Source: a virus | Lineage: Duplodnaviria > Caudoviricetes | DNA: 63,394 nucleotides | Reading direction: 5' to 3' (one strand) | IMG/VR virus record: IMGVR_UViG_3300030060_002858 | Span: 1 to 63,394 of that record | Notes under the pieces: generated by a model | The model's database searches: none | What the model saw: only the letters and a program-made list of their open reading frames with translations | Told to the model about the DNA's origin: nothing | Position numbers and translations under genes: made by a program | Shown here: piece by piece, positions 57,401 through 63,197 of the stretch | How the letters are laid out: each line of letters starts with the position of its first letter | How positions within the stretch are numbered: position 1 is the first letter of the stretch

Positions 57401-59141
57401 TACGGGTTCAGTAGAAAGTTCTATTGTAGATTATGCTAATGCTGCAACAAGAATTGCATATGGAGGCAACCTATTCCTTGCTACTACTATTGTAGAAAAC
57501 GGATACAGTGCAGTAGACGAACTAATCGGAAGAGGAAATATTGTAGGATTTTTAAGAAGTGCTTTAGCTCCCTTTAGTCAACTTACAAATAGAACAGAAA
57601 GAGCAAGAGTATTAAAAGATTTTGCTTACCTAATTGAGTCAATGACACAAGGATTTTTACCTGAATACGAAAGACCGTTAGGTACAGAAGGAGATAGTAC
57701 GGTATTAAAAGCACTCAAGGGCTTGGGTTCTGCAAACATGAGGCTTGCTAAGTGGCAACTTAAAAACATTACCGCAGCCCGTGCAATAAATATTAGATCT
57801 TTTATTCAGTCATATTTAAAACCAAACAAAGATGGAACGTCTAAGTTAAGTGAATTAGCTAGATTGTTAGAAGAATCTAATCTTTCTAAATTACCAATTG
57901 AAGAACAAGAACCAGCTTTAAAAGGAATACTAAGAAAGGCAAAGATTGGAACAAACAACTTACCAATAATTTCTTACCTTATTAAAGCAGGATTATTAGA
58001 ACCTACTAGATTAAGTATGCTTTTAGAAATGATGCCTGCCGAAGGACGTTACAGTCCATTTGAAATGACTCAGGAATTGTTTACCACTAAATCTCCTAGA
58101 ACTAATGCAAAAGAGTTTCAACAAAAACTTGACATTATTACAGCCCTTAAAAATATTGAAAGAAGATATGTAGAAGAAGCTATTCTAGCTCCCAATGCAT
58201 TTGATACTGCTACTGGTCCTAGAGGAACATTTGAACAAATCTTTGAAATCTATCGTAGATATCCCGTTCTCTTTGCAAGCCAACAAGTAATTAGAAAGTC
58301 AAGCAGGGTTGGAGTAGTTAGAGCAGGTTTTAGTTTAACTTCCTTGATTCTTTTAGATATGCTTTATATGGCTGCTCTATCAATGGCAGCAGGTAAACCA
58401 CTTGAAGATGTTGTAAAGGATTATGAAGAAGCTCCTCTAGCTAGTGCAGGCAAGCTTCTTTTAAGAACTCCAATCTTTGGTAGATGGTTAGCTATGGTTG
58501 GTCCAGTTTTAGCTAAAGGTCTAGAAGCTATTGAAAAAGGTCGTATGCCATCTGGATATGAACTTACTCAAGCTTTCCAGTCTGGTTCTGGTTTTATTCC
58601 TGTAGCAGCTTTAGGAGCAGCAGCAGGTTCTCTTCTAACAACATTCCAAACTATAGGGGGCGTATTTGGACTTAATGAGATGCCTAGAGGACAAGAACTT
58701 GTTAACTCTTTACGATTAATTCCAGCAGGAGACGCAGCAATTAGACTGGCTATCTTCTCCTTAGCGGGAGATAGTATTGAAAGGAAGAAAAGACGAGGAC
58801 CAAGCGGAGCAGGATCTTATGGAGGACAGCAGCCAGTCACAGGGCTTCACTATGGAATGCACAGAAACGATGCTGCTTTTACTTGGGAAAGCATGTACAA
58901 GGACATGATGACTCCTATTCTAAATGGCGAGTTACCTCAGGTTGTAAAAGAGTATTATAAAGACATAGAACAAATGGATGCAATGCAAGAGCTGGGAGCC
59001 ACGCCCGCCTCTCCACAACCCGCCGCGCCGCCCGCAAAACCCGCGCCGTCGCAGCCAGAGATCACTACACCTAAAGTAGATCCTGTAGACTCTATACTAA
59101 ATCAAGGACCTACCAAGGCACCTGATACTTTACTCGAATAG
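45462..59141 (+). CDS. giant (4559 aa) polyvalent virion protein with T7/N4-like RNAP motifs and a zincin peptidase motif
   Basis: AAGGAG RBS; uninterrupted 13.7-kb ORF; DRTASG, SDFY, REIFKVPVMRRIYG, SGRTYPLNTTGLNPLG and HELAH..EEFIA motifs. Confidence 0.7.
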   Translation: MTTQGINKWATEPLPFYMDNQEEMRESVGQYNDFVQGLNPLTDGDNALNVPDQLVVDLNTQELVRGNYGITEAMALMSARGYFGGMFEDNQYQQKYSANMQLGMYRGDKYKEGDLLKFGADEEKLLRYYAKKSPWNLSRLSDPFIDETLDGVEDMWDAPILNNLNDSPNDLMEAEAPPDWSPQEALKVLQLRDPEMYAVYANSLGASNLEQIVGEAKNPYDFFYTLTDTIQTAALNTTIAKWYEDASNTEIALEYARNFIIEGIVNDPDLAASLGITAGLTTIGSIAGLKAGVIATLAYKIPKTLYQGVKYVKFINMIRKAATTTIRYMPENIGPTLIQKIPAMKNFSRGGFVQKHLIANRIGDAGEGLVTGGLAEAGNQWRQSTAGVIDEFSYGGIFKEALFEAALSPAINPAIGGIYSLGGGAVNLSYMVSDSVAAKVIGEKGHKAFSRFIDTTKKYLNADDAIKRLENAQLSLELSSQVNDLTLEGTEVEIQDDEAKPDRPDGILSIILGAIWDQTGLSKGDFLTTVKEILADFQAEAADPSHPRNKLGVDQEILLSEIAQEVVNRNRDVILEANDGDTSSFEKILGWTQHHLRLASDAKKEGKTYKEYTEKIIADNEEWKLLAPQVLEAVKEKMGDKFDSSTTEEKLDVALEYMQETILKQQQAIRDLDTSTKDKEETADGLEEELEAAEPKPDPKPEDAPTGGEPKGEDDKPKRKPPPGDGPIERRAELIERLKRMKERAEKAKAEIQEKLDKGFKGVNRKTKENIVELGRKIDEELAFVEGELESFLETHGLEDGEVKDSIQLMKTLETELNVLKETLSKDITDTKDGILFGFVRLNKLRAAREKAGLLLFRDLNLENSKRTEEGKPELSKLPWDKTQEDTREAWKELAELTKGDESKAAQRIRQFVNDLESGKEEGITMGGVKNTFTNYMNMLGTVMKKHEERYNKREDYKKHVSLFKQYKAARKNYQRLMSSIYRSETLKDIQQFNAIQLQQTGLREKKEQESVLNARRALFNEFIAEKEASGEDITMEEFLNFLHPYSEQAQTEAAAIERDASKGKETLTIEEAKRIEGKEYQSVKDQLKYLSIGKLSGINKGGRFKYVRGNWEHQHSDSDILGTSYDPEFVLNESNYGKELDTDVVFTRDLRSDLEAWIELEQKILAIASHTDPSKGIAAWRIHAALPPYFRDFLGLGPYVVFGRGNILGAENSALMPTEALDHNSLDLTDEKSISELQRYQHLLRYDPQKILAIIRAWKDRGLAKIDGWEARETSFILDELSKEMQNEGDPNSAANLFYTQKLLERVHNQSRAINMANWTKRQGEGGGYIIAVDPDTGFPTEFTNSAGTYKREALYHAKERLQFLFGTRRFTELQQVAKSLGLLTEISRTKEDGRTEIIIRDREGNVRADVVEYLTEQIGEQTDINITDLGNGNEDYASAQIAGYGIVDFMSQKPMPAVQQRSVVLDKDGNTVPTESNEDSETASLPTDIRLPQEGETNAAMPIPVMKLAELIQNFKARERMRYILSKDTFTDAERAAYKEWVEAKWSDVLAGMDPDPTGENAQIFVVPQIVGGSLHEAVMSRAEAKEFLLELMLDIPRNAEAFIHDQVTRKRGSALMFNEGQGEKEINVLDKEGNIVTKKIKDLNVEGGLMFDLSHGDHMLVPLGRIGEIMAIEAMGPQFAGLTDIVIDKVVQYSDAARKEGTLDELLAFENWSDRTASGVFEMKLLSLAGDADSTIEIEVDGKTKKVNAPKLLDMIRDGVIEPGTKAESDFYLSTAIIAAPLFAMGKKGGLQTLFDVINKNDIRSVKDLQEKEAGLSEGDKKKLKLLREIFKVPVMRRIYGGSKPNFDVEFSEGGKGYEALKKAGMTSEEDIAALKKVLFSGNGGATHISKTILIDYALGVNDRTKYLVQKYLGIDQTRSVPLLDTWKELVKLDNKALSAELERSQTHIRLLEDSLRQKYEIDNPADLTFEQWKKTKGYNKRFEKAKAYLEEQEKASNPIHPGTVAYETFKKILQTTDQLSAESIGYFRALNILNSQEYRLNVDRLQFVAQRVLGLTDFSVQDFMGFEQHALYQLMLPTATSGRTYPLNTTGLNPLGISLERVARMQPFVKDGVRYNDFIDYVERNPGLDEAEFKKDLEDYLTNHDGADAFGAFDLEDPSLRKFETREEAEAALEDLMIKQEMMLWSSYDKPPKEVFKDYTAEDSDEGFFNNLLTQWHQHSEQRHLTLKEEIAFEQAEADRMIADGKRPTDSPVLQLKNKAGGLVNKKLVEASEGEFRYLPYHVSERNPSSVMIHTAGQRGPLSMRPRFKERQYYDMGLLSLQKRHVQDRITKAMGPIETIRTNADSLTEEDAMISGVNIGHAPAWDSNKLPQVLPTLPRAIAADLRTDMGQRAAKIYYEVSIWAEERGLADKLKEDPENFVRFYIIREIEEERKRQLRRTRESNITNENDIIAARNKWIGGLHDISRYSRDLKDPEGRRGLQLFTERQSFAAVNPAEEGELYMDLLVNVADENNPDGFLFTRSLLDDAFKLGPVPTGERIIITPENVSDEKTMEEIFEFKDLNLESWAVQNADFNKFLAAQLFTEAIGKAMLEFEGGKYKSVAFTPDQWEFAIDPEDRKPLIALAKQMVMEMPSFELTVGIEESLYNDDSKISTYRMTINREGVAPEKGKERDKKAVPTQQRNVFGAATGFGMQVMTRTKLKSKKAKLALTPEHRMQLFSILENAQTMQGITLSNWLNKGLGVKLTEDGQIVRAVPIQDRVADAMGYTARPIRDAAINEAEALRRVSSVDGESSVRMIDDPLTSVRGARVNVVDLDYYARDNSSWGDGSINTAWLESYVSPITKLIHMLDRSGIQAGSELADLKLELQSLIALTREQDNMSSVVVRLIALKLEDPSLDFRKNKIKMFFTDAERNGDDFNTAINKADSIILKIKKHTSDYGVTRKLPGYYEARQFITTQEYSPANFEETLLAFKKYLGDPTFVGTDDQLEDALRFAFRDLDEERLDIDEAMSFFGGERIASESLELFTKGTEEELLTSLGPAIEDNPELGLMVRGPIRNLNKLIREQKVLSEEAGVAIKAMLFRANQLNPDILLNLKFEFITERLEGVAQAERKGDNFTIRLGSNFKTITKDNPLTAIQIVAHELAHVARLKFIADNSREYNGLLGLWQSDEGRDMLRKAVQAFHGGVFTSEAKKEYERYLNNPEEFIAGFMSYFLLGDTNVEIRDLTKKQKGMFNELTSIVKRMMTYVSNILNNLQNAFYTGNEKFDKEVRALALRVWGHDAATGKPALRQLDSGQVADATYGWSQRFKDTKEFVVDPDKDLQIIKGHKELARLNSKAELTEEEILTKHKINDFLYAEGTYAQENFGLNGLSRSDYLATLQQLKEKYPSKKRSDLENDSRNNDESIIDIREILAQGTNKEKATALAYLMDAVSKTYGDPIAKGLGAIGNSIADSIPNVKQAAAKQALFNLLLGDTGSGETFGAEFLLPILITQMLDDNIVTATGNYLNTAGTPSVRTNIQKLETFSTSIRTSKNQIAAALRGITDVAKRTVFESFVSDTDKKVMAKLDKQLITSVTKLNEGEAEFTFDLSEDALGVALNDKQKAVILKALGEIKNTFTQMAEDNIRDGISIGEFGEGFTQVVPYRLGNSLRAEDVRAPEFKDTMTSLIQKRLSQGIESGLLDGTVMAAVGLIPHFGNNTAARADLERLNAQYPQLVDAILAEAVKQEGDTERQTKEKVNLLKAKLNDTANVDSFVELQVGTGRFLNKLAQGTITLDSIFTRASQRIAFVTEYKTAVENANKRSADARNRLDALTKESGDIRSNTFFSPTTKDTPVAAFDRAADNPIEFIFRNFHKRASRGAYYPNDNWAIPSVREALEANEDIQKYFVTDMAALAENAKQGLFNDIAEKKMFREFGVHGNIEHVLTLISSVAFSDYSVMAPDGTSIEGQRVKQVVEVLRNKHNALRNIIEKPEGTNTGSVESSIVDYANAATRIAYGGNLFLATTIVENGYSAVDELIGRGNIVGFLRSALAPFSQLTNRTERARVLKDFAYLIESMTQGFLPEYERPLGTEGDSTVLKALKGLGSANMRLAKWQLKNITAARAINIRSFIQSYLKPNKDGTSKLSELARLLEESNLSKLPIEEQEPALKGILRKAKIGTNNLPIISYLIKAGLLEPTRLSMLLEMMPAEGRYSPFEMTQELFTTKSPRTNAKEFQQKLDIITALKNIERRYVEEAILAPNAFDTATGPRGTFEQIFEIYRRYPVLFASQQVIRKSSRVGVVRAGFSLTSLILLDMLYMAALSMAAGKPLEDVVKDYEEAPLASAGKLLLRTPIFGRWLAMVGPVLAKGLEAIEKGRMPSGYELTQAFQSGSGFIPVAALGAAAGSLLTTFQTIGGVFGLNEMPRGQELVNSLRLIPAGDAAIRLAIFSLAGDSIERKKRRGPSGAGSYGGQQPVTGLHYGMHRNDAAFTWESMYKDMMTPILNGELPQVVKEYYKDIEQMDAMQELGATPASPQPAAPPAKPAPSQPEITTPKVDPVDSILNQGPTKAPDTLLE

Positions 59142-59164
59142 CCTTTACATCCGGGGGACAGACA

Positions 59165-59425
59165 ATGGAAGCTATTGAAGGACACCTTATTGACATTTTA
59201 ATGACAGTAGTGAGCACAGCACTTTTTGGACTTATTGGTTTTGTCTGGAAGATTAGTCACAAAATTTCAAACCTAGAAAAAACCGTTGACACCTTACATA
59301 AAATGCAATCTAGAGATGTAACTGATTTAAGAAAAGATATTGATATGATATGTGCTAATATGGATAAAAACAGAGAGTGGACTACAAATAGAATGATGTC
59401 AATTGCCAAGGAGATGCCTAGATGA
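59165..59425 (+). CDS. small membrane protein (holin-like)
   Basis: One N-terminal TM segment followed by a coiled coil. Confidence 0.5.
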   Translation: MEAIEGHLIDILMTVVSTALFGLIGFVWKISHKISNLEKTVDTLHKMQSRDVTDLRKDIDMICANMDKNREWTTNRMMSIAKEMPR

Positions 59426-59970
59426 TACTATTAGATACTTGCATCCCACAGCTAAATCCTTTTGACGTACATCGATTAGAACTAGAAAATGGATACCTGC
59501 ATAGCACTGGAGGTGTAGCTACGGAAACCCGAGTAGTTGAAATAGATTATTTTGATAATAGGAGAATAGTCACAAACTTGTTTGATTCTCAAGGAACCGC
59601 AACACTTACTAACATAACTAACAATAATCATCAAGCAAGAAAAGTTAAATACCGACATCATGTAAAAATACCATATGGTGATTATGTAGTCACTCAACAC
59701 GATGACGATTACGAAGTATGTGCAATTGATGGAGAAGTTATTTTTTATGTAGAGGTTCCACTGGCTAACGGAGCAACACACGAAGTTGATTGGGTATACA
59801 CTATTGAGATTGAACCATACGGTGACTTAGACGGTGACGGTAGAATCCGAGGATATGATCTTGGTTTGTTTTTTGCTGGCTGGGGACTGCCCGGTGAAAC
59901 TGACTTTAACAATGACGGTATTACCGATGGAGAAGACATGGGTATTCTATTTGAGAACTGGACCGGATAA
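59422..59970 (+). CDS. protein with a C-terminal dockerin-like tandem Ca-binding repeat
   Basis: GDLDGDGRIRGYDLGLFFAGWG and TDFNNDGITDGEDMGILFENWTG; AAGGAG RBS. Confidence 0.75.
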   Translation: MILLDTCIPQLNPFDVHRLELENGYLHSTGGVATETRVVEIDYFDNRRIVTNLFDSQGTATLTNITNNNHQARKVKYRHHVKIPYGDYVVTQHDDDYEVCAIDGEVIFYVEVPLANGATHEVDWVYTIEIEPYGDLDGDGRIRGYDLGLFFAGWGLPGETDFNNDGITDGEDMGILFENWTG

Positions 59971-60090
59971 ATCGACTAGGGGGTCACGAATTTATCTGAG
60001 GTGATGTATAGTATTGCGCTGTTGCAGTACCCCCCGTAACCCTGTTCGAAAGGATTTGGAATTATTGTTCTTAGCTGGATACTGTTCGTC

Positions 60091-60210
60091 ATGATGGTTG
60101 TTGTCATGGTACTGGCAACCATCTCACCGTTGTTCTTTTCTTCTGAAGAGAACGATGAGGATTATCTGGAACCGGAAGAAGTAGACCCGGAGACTGGAAG
60201 GTACCACTAA
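60091..60210 (+). CDS. possible small membrane-anchored acidic peptide
   Basis: MMVVVMVLATISPLFFSSEENDEDYLEPEEVDPETGRYH; start uncertain. Confidence 0.3.
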   Translation: MMVVVMVLATISPLFFSSEENDEDYLEPEEVDPETGRYH

Positions 60211-60315
60211 CACACACCGCCTCACGCTCCCTTTACTGGGAGCATGAGGTATTCCGCAGGACTAACCCCGTCAAGGTGACGGACTAATCCTGTTACTCTA
60301 ATGGAGGGTATCCAT

Positions 60316-60702
60316 ATGGATGCTACCATTACCGTACATCGGCGTAACACTGGAACGCCGATTGAGTTCAGGACGAACGTCCTGTTCGCGTCTTCTTTCG
60401 AGAAGGCACTTCAGGATGGCAACGCCACGGAGCTGGAGCAGATGATCGTCAAGATCAAGAAGCTTCACGACTACGTGCCGGAGTCCGAAGACAGCTTCGT
60501 CTCGGAACCTCATGTCTTCGACACGATTCGTGCTGACGGACATCGATGGTACTGTGTCGCTCGTACCTGCGTCACGGCTCAGGAGTTTGAGCATCTTGAG
60601 AGAGGTCTGGAAATCATGTGGGTTCCCGAACCCTACCAGACCCTCACCGACTGGACCTTGGACATCAAGGAAGCGTCGAAGGATCTCAAGCTGTTCATCT
60701 GA
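60316..60702 (+). CDS. hypothetical early protein (GC-rich codons)
   Basis: GGAGG RBS at 60303-60307 favours ATG 60316; strong G/C third-position bias. Confidence 0.7.
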   Translation: MDATITVHRRNTGTPIEFRTNVLFASSFEKALQDGNATELEQMIVKIKKLHDYVPESEDSFVSEPHVFDTIRADGHRWYCVARTCVTAQEFEHLERGLEIMWVPEPYQTLTDWTLDIKEASKDLKLFI

Positions 60703-60972
60703 ACTCACCAGCCCTCACTGTTCCCGAAAGGGAATGGTGAGGCTTAAGGATTGTGGTTGCAAAGGATGCAACCAATAGAGATGTCTTCTCTAACACAAGG
60801 TAGTGTGGTGTAGAGAAGAGAGAATGTATGCAGACCCGTACTTGTTGTGCTGGGTCGAGGCCCTATTCGAAAGGATGTAATTTGGGCCTGTTCGTGTTTG
60901 TGGATCTAGCACGTATGCTAGGTTCGGTTCCTAACCCATCTGGTCTCAGAAGAGACAGAAAGAATTTACTCT
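60703..60972 (+). ncRNA. hairpin-dense intergenic element (candidate structured RNA, leader or promoter array)
   Basis: Seven consecutive inverted repeats; see findings. Confidence 0.45.
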
Positions 60973-62811
60973 ATGAGTAAGCTCAAGATGGCTAAGGACT
61001 TGAGGCACAGGATCCGCAGCTATGCGGACTCCCTCCTCCAGTCCAAGCTCAAGTGGTGGCTGGAGGACAAGAAGTCCGAAAGCTGGATCATGTCCGAGTT
61101 GTCCATCCCGGTGTTCATGCAGTTCCGGGATGACCTCACCCTCGATACCACTCCCATCAAGATCGATGGCAAGGAGTCTCGTCTCCTTGAGGTGGACGAT
61201 CTCAAGTCCGTTCAGCGAGAGATCTTCATCGCCCTCGATCAGAACATGGAGCGGTTGGAGTTGGACGGCTGGGAAGCTCCCCAGCGTCGTCTGGCTCATC
61301 GCACGCCTCCGACCCTCGATGGTCAGTTCGAGCCTGTGGTCGCTCGCAGGGGGGATCTCAAGATCTCCTCGGAGCAGAAGCAGGCCATGCAGCATCTCAC
61401 CAACACGCCTTGGGTCATCAACCAGAAGAACTGGGATGACATCAAGGAGTTCAGGGAGAGTCTGTCGGACGAGGATCGTAACAAGATCTTCTACGACTAC
61501 GAGGACGAAGAGGTCTCGGCTCTGATGACGGAAGAGGAACAGAGCGGCGACAAGCTCGCTTCTCTCTTCGACCGCATCGGAGACACGATCTTCTTCTTGG
61601 TCACCCGGAGGATGGATGAGGCGGGGCGTATGTATCCCTGTCCCATGCATCCGGTCTACAGCCGGTGGCTGCGGTGCGTCTTCCAGTTCCCCTCCCAAGA
61701 GTTGACGGAGGACGGCTGGAAGTTCCTGCGGAAGCACATCAAGGAGTCCTACGGACTCTGCAACGATGCCAAGCGGGATGCGTGGGCGAGGAACTGCGAC
61801 CGGGATCCCCAGAAGCTCTTCACCGAGAAGGGCAAGAAGGGTGCTGATGAGCTGGCTGCTGCACGTGGCTGGCTCGAGGCACGGGAAACCGGAGCCACTG
61901 GCTACACCGTCTCCAGAGACTTCGTGGCTCAGGGCATGGGACTGATCGCGGCAAGAGAAGGATGCCCGTGGCATCACGATCTCGTCAACGTCAATTCCGA
62001 CCAGTTCGTCTCGGCACACGATCGGTTCTCCGGTCGTATGCAGGACATGATCCGTAACTTCAGGATCCACAGCTTCGATGCTCTCAAGGGCATCTCCAAG
62101 AGCTGCATCACCCCCGGCATGTATGGGGGTGGCGGGAGTGCGATCTCCTGCAAGCTCACGGACATGTCCAAGGATGCCTTCGGTGAGTGGAACTTCGGCG
62201 AAGACGGGAAGAAGTTGCCCGAAATCGACCCGATCCTGCTCGACTACATCGGTAAGGACTTGTCCCCCGATGAGCAGATGGATGCTATCTTCAGCCTCTC
62301 GAAGAAGCTGACCCGCATCCTCCACTCGACCTTCCCGTTCCTCAGTCCCTATCAGGAAGCGGTTCGCCGCCACTGGAAGGGACACATCCAGAACGGCAAG
62401 TTCCCGGTCTTCACCGGAACCGATGGCTACGAGTACCACTCCTCTCCGTTCAACGTGAACAAGAAGTTGACCCGTTCGGTCAGGTTCTCTCGCTACCGCG
62501 ACGGCAAGAGGGTGGGGCAGCCCAGCGTTCAGTGCTGGCTGCACCAGCTGGAAGAGTCCGGCACGCCCATGTGTGCCAAGATCATCTTCATGCTGGACAG
62601 GTTGATCGCGATTCGGATCATCCTTGCACTCGCCAAGCGGGGCATTCATGTCTGCTCCATCCACGATGCGTTCCTCGTTCACCCGAACTACGGATACATC
62701 TTGGAGCAGGTGGCGACCGAGGCGTACAACTCCGTCATGTCGGAGAACGCCGATGTCATCGGTAGGATCTACCACGCCCTGCCGAACGATGCTGTCCTCC
62801 TGAGGGCCTAG
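60973..62811 (+). CDS. second, highly divergent T7-superfamily single-subunit RNA polymerase (RNAP2)
   Basis: Motifs in canonical order: AMQHLTNTPWVIN; MDEAGRMYP; motif A RDFVAQG; motif B KGISKSCITPGMYG; AKIIFMLD; motif C IHDAF. Confidence 0.85.
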   Translation: MSKLKMAKDLRHRIRSYADSLLQSKLKWWLEDKKSESWIMSELSIPVFMQFRDDLTLDTTPIKIDGKESRLLEVDDLKSVQREIFIALDQNMERLELDGWEAPQRRLAHRTPPTLDGQFEPVVARRGDLKISSEQKQAMQHLTNTPWVINQKNWDDIKEFRESLSDEDRNKIFYDYEDEEVSALMTEEEQSGDKLASLFDRIGDTIFFLVTRRMDEAGRMYPCPMHPVYSRWLRCVFQFPSQELTEDGWKFLRKHIKESYGLCNDAKRDAWARNCDRDPQKLFTEKGKKGADELAAARGWLEARETGATGYTVSRDFVAQGMGLIAAREGCPWHHDLVNVNSDQFVSAHDRFSGRMQDMIRNFRIHSFDALKGISKSCITPGMYGGGGSAISCKLTDMSKDAFGEWNFGEDGKKLPEIDPILLDYIGKDLSPDEQMDAIFSLSKKLTRILHSTFPFLSPYQEAVRRHWKGHIQNGKFPVFTGTDGYEYHSSPFNVNKKLTRSVRFSRYRDGKRVGQPSVQCWLHQLEESGTPMCAKIIFMLDRLIAIRIILALAKRGIHVCSIHDAFLVHPNYGYILEQVATEAYNSVMSENADVIGRIYHALPNDAVLLRA

Positions 62812-62834
62812 CCTCAAGTCCTACACACCACGAT

Positions 62835-62867
62835 CTCCCCTGCCCTTCGGGGTGGGGGAGTTTCTTT
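62835..62867 (+). terminator. intrinsic terminator after RNAP2
   Basis: CTCCCCTGCCC-TTCG-GGGTGGGGGAG followed by TTTCTTT. Confidence 0.88.
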
Positions 62868-63197
62868 CATTCCGGGGTTAATCACTAACGGTCAACACTG
62901 AGACCTGAGAGTGAGGGCAATACACTCCCGATACTGCGTCTCCTCCTTATCACTGTGCCGCCCACACGTCCCGCGCCCGCACGGCGGGGCGTGCGGGAGG
63001 GTTGATTTGGTTCGCGGCCCCCCGAGGCGGCGACCCAGAGTGGGTTTGACGTAAAAGTGGGTGTAAGAGTAGTTATCCCCTTAGGTCTGCCCTGATAGTC
63101 TGTTAATTAGGGTGTGATGATCGGGTAGGGTCACACCTAGACTGGATGCTAGGCCGTACACCTAGACAGTCCTTAGTACTACCCTTGGAGTAAAGTC

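Noticed and set aside
58995-59060. GC-rich CCCGC-repeat patch at the end of the giant gene
   Set aside because: It is explained by a Pro/Ala linker (PASPQPAAPPAKPAPSQP), and I found no convincing independent structure.
60298-60708. 136-aa minus-strand ORF and other alternative-frame ORFs in the GC-rich block
   Set aside because: Same shadow effect; the + strand gene has an RBS and consistent codon bias.
60946-62817. 623-aa ORF on the minus strand
   Set aside because: It is an antisense shadow of RNAP2. Strong C/G third-position bias removes stops on the opposite strand, the protein has no motifs, and the + strand frame carries the polymerase motifs.
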